Shown here: positions 51,170 to 59,430 of the stretch, in pieces | How the letters are laid out: each line of letters opens with the position of its first letter | Numbering within the stretch: the stretch's first letter is position 1 | Assembly (NCBI GenBank): GCA_963668025.2 | Contig: CAXXTH010000010.1 | Coordinates: 1,088,001-1,152,000, forward strand | Source: Candidatus Hydrogenedentota bacterium | GTDB taxonomy: Bacteria; Hydrogenedentota; Hydrogenedentia; Hydrogenedentales; SLHB01 | Reading direction: 5' to 3' | DNA length: 64,000 nt | The notes under the pieces: generated by a model | The model's database searches: none | Seen by the model: the letters and a program-made list of their open reading frames with translations, nothing else | Told to the model about the DNA's origin: nothing | Program-made: the position numbers and the translations under genes

Positions 51170-51312
51170 GATTCAACTTCACCAAGAAGGTGAGCCAGTT
51201 CGTCAGAAAATGATGGGCCTTGCCCTGCGATTAGGGCAACTATATCACAGTGGCGATATCACCGCACAATCTGTCATAATGCTCCGTGTGTGTGGCCGCA
51301 GCCCTCCGGCGG

Positions 51313-52644
51313 TCATTCATCCATTAATCCCGGTGAACGCCCCAGTTTTTTTCGAAGACGCTCCAGGCGGCGCTGGAAGGTGCGGAGGTGGGAATCTTCG
51401 AGCGCACCTGAATTCCCTAAGGCGATACGCGTTTCGATGAACTCGACGGCTTGTGCACAGAGGCGTTCCGCCTCGAAGAGATTTCGGGTGCGGTGTTCAT
51501 GGTGTTTGGCAAGCTCATGGCGCGCCACAAGGTTTTCGGGGAATTCATCGAGCAGAAGAGACCAGATTTTCTCCATGGCCTCCCAATCCTGCAAACGCTT
51601 GCCCGCAAGCCCCATGAGTTCGAGGCATTCCCGCCGCACCATCGGCTCCGCCTCCGATTCCAGCAGCCGCCTGCCCTGCGCCATCACTTCAACATATTGC
51701 CGGTGCCTAAAATGAAGCCGAACGAGGGAATACTGGTCTTCCGCATGCTCGAATCCCATTTCCGCCGCGCCCGCCAGATTGCGCGACAACGACGCCGTCA
51801 ACGCCACGAGCGACAGGATATCCATGCGATGATGATAAAACACTCGTTCGAGGGGCCGGGCGTCGCGGGTGCGCAGGTAATCGAGCCACAACTGGGGGAT
51901 CTCGGCGCTGTTTACATCGTCCTGGCGCTCAATGCCCAACGCCTGCCGTTCGATGTTCGTGAGCGAGCAGTCTTGCAGCCGCATCTTCCAAAAACGCCGC
52001 GCCGCATGGACCAAATCCAGGTGGGGGACGCTGTCGAGGCGGAAGGGAATGCGGTTTTGGATGAAGCGCGTGCGCAGCAACGGCACATCGAAGCTCTTCC
52101 CATTATAGGTTACGACTGTTCCACAGCGGTGAAACAATTCGGCGAGATATTCAAGCATGGCCGGTTCATCGTCATAATCGCGCATGAAGCATTGGTCGAG
52201 GCGGAACGCATCTTCGACAAAGTATCCCACGCCCACCAGAAACGCCATGGTGCCCGTGCCGCCCGCGAGGCCTGTAGTCTCGGTGTCCACGAACATCGCC
52301 GTGGCCGGATCGTAATCCTCGAGTTCCTCGTCGCAGGCGGAGAAGGCGATGTGGCTAGGCGCGGCATCGAGGGCTTCGCCCAACGCGTGCGGCCCATGGG
52401 GCGTATCGAGCGGATAATCCGTCTGGACGAGATAAAATCCCTCCTCTGAATCGCCCACGAGACGCCCAGGCACAGTCTTGTCGATCTCAAAGACTCCCTC
52501 GGCGCGCTGACGCGCATGCTCCTCAGCGGCCTTACGCCATTCCTGGCCCGTCATGACGCCCTTGTTCGCGAGCAGCGCCTTTAGTTTATCTTGGATATCC
52601 GGCACGAACGAATCCTCGATGTTATGGCTGAAGATTTTTGACAT
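51313..52644 (-). CDS. mrfB: MrfB/YprB-like RNase H-fold (DEDD) exonuclease with C-terminal TPR region
   Basis: FVDTETTGLAGGTGT, VTYNGKSFD, HLDL.H.ARR, CSL..IE...LG..R..D, ELAKHHEHR; follows a DUF1998 helicase. GTG 52605 is an alternative start. Confidence 0.8.
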   Translation of the reverse strand: MSKIFSHNIEDSFVPDIQDKLKALLANKGVMTGQEWRKAAEEHARQRAEGVFEIDKTVPGRLVGDSEEGFYLVQTDYPLDTPHGPHALGEALDAAPSHIAFSACDEELEDYDPATAMFVDTETTGLAGGTGTMAFLVGVGYFVEDAFRLDQCFMRDYDDEPAMLEYLAELFHRCGTVVTYNGKSFDVPLLRTRFIQNRIPFRLDSVPHLDLVHAARRFWKMRLQDCSLTNIERQALGIERQDDVNSAEIPQLWLDYLRTRDARPLERVFYHHRMDILSLVALTASLSRNLAGAAEMGFEHAEDQYSLVRLHFRHRQYVEVMAQGRRLLESEAEPMVRRECLELMGLAGKRLQDWEAMEKIWSLLLDEFPENLVARHELAKHHEHRTRNLFEAERLCAQAVEFIETRIALGNSGALEDSHLRTFQRRLERLRKKLGRSPGLMDE

Positions 52645-52646
52645 AA

Positions 52647-52783
52647 TTTACAAGATGGACAGGATTTACTTTTATCAATCAAATGAATTAGCCAAATAGA
52701 AAAATAACAAAATTATTAATTTAACCACAAACACTCAGATTCAAACTCGAAACGAATTAAGTAAATCTCGTCCATCTTGTAAA
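52647..52783. repeat. 23-bp inverted repeat around an AT-rich spacer between helicase and exonuclease genes
   Basis: TTTACAAGATGGACAGGATTTAC ... GTAAATCTCGTCCATCTTGTAAA. Confidence 0.8.
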
Positions 52784-52804
52784 TCCTGTCTAAAAAAACG
52801 CTTT

Positions 52805-55081
52805 CTATTCTACTCCCAGCGCCCACCGCGCCAGTTCCACCGCACCGCTTTTCCCGTTAGGCCCGACTTCGCCCACAGGCCCCACGCAGCTTGGACACCC
52901 TTCCTTGCATCCGCATCCTGCGATCAGTGAGATCGCCGCATTCAATAAACGCGCACTGTGCATATACAGTTTGTCGCTAATGCCCACGCCTCCGGGATAG
53001 GATTCATATAGGAAAATCGTAGGTTTTTGCGTAAATGGCGCGCGCAACACGCCCAGGGCGCGGATGTCCGTGGGATCGCACATGATTTCAACCGGCGCGA
53101 CCTGGCGCAATGTGTTAGCCAGCGCATGCAGCGCCTCACTGAGCTGCGAACTGTTAAGGCCAAGAATCTCTCCGGCGCTCTCCGGGAACTCGAACCAGAA
53201 CGCGGCGGTGTGCATGGTCGTCTCGGGGAGGTGGATTTCACCCCAGCCCACGTTCTCGTGCGTGCCGAATTTGATTTTCTTATAGATGGTCGGCAGCCAG
53301 GTGACGCTCACTTCGCCGCAGAGCTTGGCCGCACCGCCCGCCGCCTCCTCACGATCCGCCGCGATGACCTTCAGATCAACCTTCGTCTCCGCGTCCGTAT
53401 AATAATCCACCTCGACGGGCCGCGCATACGCCTTCCGGTCTTCGAGGTCGAGCCGATCAATCGTATATTGCTCGCTTTGATGCAGGTAGATGGCGTTTTG
53501 ATACACCTCGGTCGGGGCTGCAAAATAATCAATCTCGCCGATCACCTGCCCGTTTTTCGTGGTGTCTAGAATCACGACATTGCCCGGCGCGGCGGTGCGC
53601 AGACTGATGTCCGCGGATGGATAGGCGTCCGCGCTCCAATACCATTTGCCCTTGCGCTCGCGCAGAATGCGCTCGCCGCAGAGGTATTCCAGAATTTCCC
53701 GGGTGGACGCCGCGTCGAGGCCGAACGATTCGCCCTCCTCGAAGGGGATCTCGAAGGCGGCGCATTTCAGGTGGCTGGTGGCGATAATGAGGTTATTCGG
53801 GTCCACCGTGGCGCTTTCCGGGGGCAGCTCGAAGAAGTATTCCGGGTGGCTGATGATGTACTGGTCGAGCGGCCCGCTCGAGGCCACGAGGATGATCAAG
53901 GACACATCCGAGCGCCGCCCGGCCCGGCCCGCCTGCTGCCATGTGCTCGCCACACTGCCCGAATAACCCGTCATGACGCACACATCCAGCGAGCCAATGT
54001 CGATGCCCAATTCCAGGGCGTTCGTGCTCACCACCGTCATGATCTCGCCATTGCGCAAGCCCTGCTCGATGGCCCGCCGCTCCGTAGGCAGATAACCGCC
54101 CCGGTAACCCCGCACCAGATTGTGGTCTTTGCCCATCTTGCGCAGGGCGTCTTTGAGGTAGGTGGTGAGAACTTCGACGCGCAAGCGGCTGCGGGCGAAC
54201 ACGATGGACTGCACGCCGCGCGAAAGCATGCGTTGGGTGATGCGGCTCGCCACTTTGACCGATGAGAGCCGGATGCCCAGTTCCGCGTTCACCACGGGGG
54301 GATTGAAAAACAAGAAATGCCGTTCGCCCATGGGCGCGCCGTTGTTGTCCACGAGATGGATGGGCTTCTCGACGATGCGCTCGGCGATTTCTCGCGGATT
54401 GTTGATGGTGGCGCTACAACAGATGAACTGCGGATTCGACCCGTAGAACGCGCAGATGCGCTTGAGCCGCCGCAAGACATTCGCCAGATGGCTCCCGAAA
54501 ACGCCCCGGTAATGGTGAATCTCGTCAATCACCACAAACTTCAGGTTCTCGAAGAGTTTCATCCAGATGGTGTGGTGGGGGAGGATTCCTGTGTGGAGCA
54601 TATCGGGATTCGTGATGATGATATGCCCCGCATTGCGCACGGCCTTACGCGCCGATGCGGGCGTGTCGCCGTCGAACGTGTACGTGCCGATGCGCACATC
54701 GAGATCATCGATGGTGTGCTTCAACTCATGCATCTGGTCCTGTGACAGCGCCTTGGTCGGGAACAGATACAGCGCCCGCGCTTCAGGGTCATTCATGAGC
54801 GTATGCAACACCGGAATATTGTAACAGAGCGTCTTGCCCGAGGCCGTCGGCGTCACCACGCAGATATGCTTGCCCTCGAGCACCGCCTCGATGGCCTCGG
54901 CCTGGTGCGTATACAGCCGCGAAATGCCCCGGTCCTGCAACGCGGCCACCAGGCGCGGATTCAACGCTTCAGGAAAATCCGCATACCGGGCCTCCCGCGC
55001 GGGAACAGTCCGCCATGCCGTGAGGTTTTCCACGAACTCGCGGTCATTCCGCAATTGGTCAATGATCTGGGCGGCGTTCAT
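52805..55081 (-). CDS. mrfA: MrfA/YprA-like DEAH-box helicase with C-terminal DUF1998 (MZB) domain
   Basis: TPTASGKT, PTKALSQDQ, TNPDMLH, DEIH, SAT, QQAGRAGR, C.CKEGCPSC. Confidence 0.88.
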   Translation of the reverse strand: MNAAQIIDQLRNDREFVENLTAWRTVPAREARYADFPEALNPRLVAALQDRGISRLYTHQAEAIEAVLEGKHICVVTPTASGKTLCYNIPVLHTLMNDPEARALYLFPTKALSQDQMHELKHTIDDLDVRIGTYTFDGDTPASARKAVRNAGHIIITNPDMLHTGILPHHTIWMKLFENLKFVVIDEIHHYRGVFGSHLANVLRRLKRICAFYGSNPQFICCSATINNPREIAERIVEKPIHLVDNNGAPMGERHFLFFNPPVVNAELGIRLSSVKVASRITQRMLSRGVQSIVFARSRLRVEVLTTYLKDALRKMGKDHNLVRGYRGGYLPTERRAIEQGLRNGEIMTVVSTNALELGIDIGSLDVCVMTGYSGSVASTWQQAGRAGRRSDVSLIILVASSGPLDQYIISHPEYFFELPPESATVDPNNLIIATSHLKCAAFEIPFEEGESFGLDAASTREILEYLCGERILRERKGKWYWSADAYPSADISLRTAAPGNVVILDTTKNGQVIGEIDYFAAPTEVYQNAIYLHQSEQYTIDRLDLEDRKAYARPVEVDYYTDAETKVDLKVIAADREEAAGGAAKLCGEVSVTWLPTIYKKIKFGTHENVGWGEIHLPETTMHTAAFWFEFPESAGEILGLNSSQLSEALHALANTLRQVAPVEIMCDPTDIRALGVLRAPFTQKPTIFLYESYPGGVGISDKLYMHSARLLNAAISLIAGCGCKEGCPSCVGPVGEVGPNGKSGAVELARWALGVE

Positions 55082-55151
55082 GCATGGGCCTTTCATTCCG
55101 AGAATCCATCTGAATGTAACATCAGTATGCGCGCCATGCAAGCCCGGTATT

Positions 55152-56973
55152 GAGGCATTTGCGAAATAAAGAAAATCCGTATTGACAAGGGTTTACAAAG
55201 CGGCGGAATTGGCGCCTACCCCGGAGAATGCGGGGAAAGGGGCTTGGCGGGGGCATGAATAAGGATTTTTTGTGAAAAATCACCCCAAATGCCCTCGGCG
55301 AGCGGGAAAAGGCGTAACGTCTCCCGTGTGTGATTGTAGTATAGTTGACCACATAACCACGCACACACCAAGGAGACGTTTGCGATGGCCATTATACACC
55401 AAATGGGGTTGTTCTCGTGGAACCAGGTCGACGCGGCGTCGGATCTGGATCGGCTGAACCTGTTGCTGGCGGCGCTGCCGGATGAAGATTTGATGCGGGC
55501 GATGGAAGCCGAACGCAAGGGGCGGCGCGACGATTATCCTATCCGCGCGATGTGGAACAGCATACTGGCGGGGATCGTCTTCCAGCACGACGGCGTCGAA
55601 AGCCTGCGCCGCGAACTAGCCCGAAACGGGCAATTGCGCCAGTTGTGCGGATTCGACGTGTTGCGGGGCGCCAAGGCGGTCCCGCCCGAATGGGTGTACA
55701 CGCGGTTCTTCGCCAGATTACTGCGCCACTGGAAAGAAGTGGACCGGATGTTCGACGCGCTCATCGTCCGGCTGATGGAACGCTTGCCGGATCTCGGGGT
55801 GCGTCTGGCCGTAGACTCGAAAGCCATCCAAACCCACGCCAAGCCTCCGCGCAAAGACGCGGTCCTGGAAAACGAAGAGCCGGACGGGCGGCGCGACCGC
55901 GACGCAGACTGGGGCACGAAAACCTACAAGGGCGTTCACAAGGACGGCACGCCCTGGGAGAAGGTCAAACGGTGGTTCGGCTACAAGCTGCACCTCATCG
56001 TGGACACGAAATATGAATTGCCGCTGGGCTACGCGGTCACGAAAGCCAGCGCCAACGACTCGCCCTTTCTGCTGCCCCTCGTGGCGGCTCTCGACGCGCG
56101 CCACCCCGAACTCGTCCAACGCGCCGAGTACCTCAGCGCCGACAAGGGCTATGATTCCGAAGCCAACAACAAGGGCCTCTTCGAGGAACATGAAATCCGG
56201 CCCATCGTGGACATCCGGGCGACCTGGAAAGAAGAACCGGAACGGCCCCGCCCTTTATATCCCGAACGGGTAGACACGATCTTCCATACCGAACGAGGTG
56301 AAGTCCTCTGCCGGTGTCGTAACGGCGCCCCAAACGAACGCGACAACTATGATTCCATGGCCTACCAAGGATTCGAGCAAGATCGGGGAACCTTGAAATA
56401 CCGTTGCCCAGCCAAGGCACGCGGGAGCGCCTGTACCCAGCAAGACCTCTGCAACCAAGGATGCCAGCCCGAACACGGACGGATTGTCCGCGTGCCCATC
56501 GCTATCGACCGGCGCATCTTTACCCCCCTGCCCCGCAGCGCCAAATCCTGGCGCCGCGAATACAAACACCGCACCGCCATCGAGCGAGTCAACAGCCGAC
56601 TCGACGGCGCATACGGATTCGAGCGCCACTACATCCGCGGTATGAAAAAGATGCGCGCCCGCACCGGATTAGCCCTCCTCGTCATGCTCGGCATGGCCCT
56701 GGGATGGCTCGAAGCCGGCCAGGCAGAACGCATGCGCTCGCTCCTCGGACAGCCCCGCGCCGCATAGATCACATCGAATCCGCACAAGCAATGATGGCCC
56801 GAATCAAGGGCAAACCATGCCCATTCGGGCCGCAAGGGTCCTACACGCGAACCTCCTGCATGATTTATTGCACCCGTAGCGGAGGCGTAATCCCATTGCC
56901 ACAGGCGAAAACCGCTCCGCGTGTGCCCGCACCGTCCGCGCGTTCGCAAACCACGCTATTTCGCAAATGCCTC
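55152..56973 (+). mobile_element. Complete insertion sequence, 1822 bp (IS5/IS1182-like DDE)
   Basis: Perfect 17-bp terminal IRs GAGGCATTTGCGAAATA (55152-55168) / TATTTCGCAAATGCCTC (56957-56973); 6-bp target duplication GGTATT (55146-55151, 56974-56979). Confidence 0.93.
55385..56767 (+). CDS. DDE transposase
   Basis: RBS AAGGAG; AVDS, WFGYKLHLIVD, ADKGYD, YKHRTAIERVNSRLD. Confidence 0.92.
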   Translation: MAIIHQMGLFSWNQVDAASDLDRLNLLLAALPDEDLMRAMEAERKGRRDDYPIRAMWNSILAGIVFQHDGVESLRRELARNGQLRQLCGFDVLRGAKAVPPEWVYTRFFARLLRHWKEVDRMFDALIVRLMERLPDLGVRLAVDSKAIQTHAKPPRKDAVLENEEPDGRRDRDADWGTKTYKGVHKDGTPWEKVKRWFGYKLHLIVDTKYELPLGYAVTKASANDSPFLLPLVAALDARHPELVQRAEYLSADKGYDSEANNKGLFEEHEIRPIVDIRATWKEEPERPRPLYPERVDTIFHTERGEVLCRCRNGAPNERDNYDSMAYQGFEQDRGTLKYRCPAKARGSACTQQDLCNQGCQPEHGRIVRVPIAIDRRIFTPLPRSAKSWRREYKHRTAIERVNSRLDGAYGFERHYIRGMKKMRARTGLALLVMLGMALGWLEAGQAERMRSLLGQPRAA

Positions 56974-56990
56974 GGTATTGACCACGAAAA

Positions 56991-57201
56991 TAGCCGCAAC
57001 GAAGCTCCGGATTTTTAGACCACGAAATACACTAAATACACTAAAATATGTAGGGTGGGGCTTGCCCCACCGATCAGGGCGGCGCGCCTCTACAACGGCG
57101 CATGAAAGAACGCATACCGTAACGATTTGATACGATTTGAATTCTATAGGAAAGGTGTCTAAAAACTTCAAATTTTAGTGTATTTAGTGGTCTAAAATCC
57201 G
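56991..57201. repeat. Modular intergenic repeat element with terminal inverted repeats
   Basis: CGGATTTTTAGACCAC...GTGGTCTAAAATCCG; CACTAAATA tandems; REP at 57050-57071; core CAACGGC.CAT.AAA...GAT..GATTTGA.TTC.AT shared with 50920-50990 (reverse strand). Confidence 0.8.
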
Positions 57202-57204
57202 TGT

Positions 57205-58605
57205 TTATTCTTTTTCGCGTTCGAGTTCGAGCCGGATGTGTTGCCAGCGGCCTTGCACGAAAACGAGGTAGGTGAGGAGCAGGCGTACGAAGTGGCTGAT
57301 CAAGATGCATGCCCAGATGACGGGCATGGTGAGCAATCCCACGTACCAGAATAGGATGCACAATCCCAGCAATACGCCGATTTGGGAGATGAACGCGATG
57401 ACCATGGGCCGGACGGTATCGCCCGCGCCCACCAATGCGCCCGTGAACACCAGCGCCAGCATGAGGCATATCCCCGAGCCGGCCAGATAGCGCAAACCGA
57501 CAATGCCGAAATGCCGCACCATTTCATCGGAAGCATTAAACACATCCAGGAGTTGCACCGGCAACACCCAGTACACGAGGGCCATGAAGGCCGCCCAGAC
57601 TGCTCCCGCGGCGGCGGTCACATACACGCCCCGCCTTCCGCGCTCGGGCAGACCAGCGCCCATATTCTGGCCCAAAATGGTCGTGGCCGTGCCGCGTAAA
57701 GCATATGCGGGCCACGTGGCCAGTGAAAAAAGCTGGCTGTAACAAATGATATATGCCGCCCGTGCCGCCACGTGGTGTTCGAGGCCGCCCATGAAGCGCA
57801 GCAGCACGATGCCGCCGATATTGAGCAATACGGCTTGTATGCCCACTGGAAATCCTTTGCGCATGATGGGGCGTATCACCGAGAAGTCCGGCCAGAGCTG
57901 CCCTCGAGGAGGAGGCTGTATAATGGTTTTCCCTCGCAGAATCAGCCCCAGCGCGATGAGCACGCTCACGAATGGCGCTATGCAGGTGGCCAGCGCCGCC
58001 CCGGCCGCGCCCATGGCGGGAAAGGGGCCCGCGCCGGTGATAAGGATGTAACTAAGCACTACATTAAGAATAGTCGCGAGAACGCCTAGAAGGAGGGGCG
58101 TGCGCGGGTCGCCCGAGGATTGCATCGCGCCAGTCACCATGAACATGAGGAAAACCGGCATGCCGAAGACAAAGAGGATGCGGAGATACGGCAGCGCGTG
58201 AACCATCTCGGCGGGGCTGGTTTTGATCAACATAAGTATTTGTGGAGCAAGCAGATAGCCCACGGGAGCGATAATGCCGAGGGCGGTAACGCTGGCCAGA
58301 AAGGTTTGATACGCCACGCGGCTCACATTTACGCGGTCATGCTTGCCCGCATATCGCGCCACAAAGGCGTTCATGCCCGCGTATAGCGATGAAATGAATA
58401 CGACGATGACCAGGAAAGCGCTCCAGGCAATCCCCACGCCTGCATTGGCGGCGCTATCCGCCGAAGGGACATAATGCCCCACCAAGGCCTGATCGACGAA
58501 TCCATGGATGCCGTTCACCATGTTCAGAAGCACCATGGGCCATGACAGCTTCCATACCGAGCGGAGGATGCTCCCGGTTATCAGTTCTTTATCGAAAGGT
58601 TTCAT
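57205..58605 (-). CDS. MATE family efflux transporter
   Basis: About 12 TM segments; GSILRSVWKLSWP, GDPRTP, GAAGAALAT, GQNMGAG, GAGDT. Confidence 0.9.
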   Translation of the reverse strand: MKPFDKELITGSILRSVWKLSWPMVLLNMVNGIHGFVDQALVGHYVPSADSAANAGVGIAWSAFLVIVVFISSLYAGMNAFVARYAGKHDRVNVSRVAYQTFLASVTALGIIAPVGYLLAPQILMLIKTSPAEMVHALPYLRILFVFGMPVFLMFMVTGAMQSSGDPRTPLLLGVLATILNVVLSYILITGAGPFPAMGAAGAALATCIAPFVSVLIALGLILRGKTIIQPPPRGQLWPDFSVIRPIMRKGFPVGIQAVLLNIGGIVLLRFMGGLEHHVAARAAYIICYSQLFSLATWPAYALRGTATTILGQNMGAGLPERGRRGVYVTAAAGAVWAAFMALVYWVLPVQLLDVFNASDEMVRHFGIVGLRYLAGSGICLMLALVFTGALVGAGDTVRPMVIAFISQIGVLLGLCILFWYVGLLTMPVIWACILISHFVRLLLTYLVFVQGRWQHIRLELEREKE

Positions 58606-58791
58606 CTATTTCTGGCCTGCATCCTACGGCGTGTAAAAATGCACTATACCATGGGAATAGGCAAAATCAGAATCAAGTAAAGGCGCAAGCGTGAGAATTG
58701 CCGTCAATTCCTGTAGAATCACCGGAGTGAAAAGGTTTGCATCGGGCATGATGCCTGTAATGAGTTTCATTTTGAATGGAATGGAGCGGGC

Positions 58792-59430
58792 ATGCGGTAT
58801 ATGAACGAAAGCGGATTGGATATTCTCACCATTGAAATGACTCCCTTCATGGCAAATTGCATTGTCGTGAAAGAGGGAAACGAAGCGCTTATCGTGGATC
58901 CGGGCGAAGCGCCGCCTCGCCTGTTTGATATGCTGAAAGGTTATACGGTTCGCACTATCGTGAACACCCATGGCCATTGCGACCATTGCGGCGGCAACGC
59001 GGAAATCGTGCTTCGCACGGGAGCCCAGTTGGCGGCCCACCCTGCCGATTTGGAACTTTTACGGCATATCACGGATCAAGGCCACATGTTCGGCGTGCCC
59101 TTTCCGGCTTCTCCTGATCCAGACTGGCTGCTCGCTGAAGGTGATACGGTTTCGGCCGGGAAGGCATCATTCACGGTGCTCCATACGCCAGGCCATTCCC
59201 CCGGGCATATTGTGCTCATCGGGCATGGCGTGGCTATTGTAGGCGATGTGCTCTTCGCGGGCTCGATTGGACGCGCGGATCTACCTGGAGGAAATCACAT
59301 GGAGTTGTTGCATTCCATACAGGCTAAACTCCTCACGCTGCCCGATGACACTGTTGTATATCCTGGCCATGGCCCATGCACCACGATTGGCGCTGAACGG
59401 GCCAGCAACCCCTTTCTTGCCGGCTTATGA
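58792..59430 (+). CDS. MBL-fold metallo-hydrolase (glyoxalase II-like)
   Basis: THGHCDH, HTPGHSPG, GDVLFAGSIGR.DL, YPGHG..TTIG.E...NPFL. Confidence 0.92.
   Translation: MRYMNESGLDILTIEMTPFMANCIVVKEGNEALIVDPGEAPPRLFDMLKGYTVRTIVNTHGHCDHCGGNAEIVLRTGAQLAAHPADLELLRHITDQGHMFGVPFPASPDPDWLLAEGDTVSAGKASFTVLHTPGHSPGHIVLIGHGVAIVGDVLFAGSIGRADLPGGNHMELLHSIQAKLLTLPDDTVVYPGHGPCTTIGAERASNPFLAGL

Noticed and set aside
55082-55141. Upstream extension of the helicase ORF to 55141
   Set aside because: Extension is not helicase-like and abuts the IS target site; ATG 55081 preferred.
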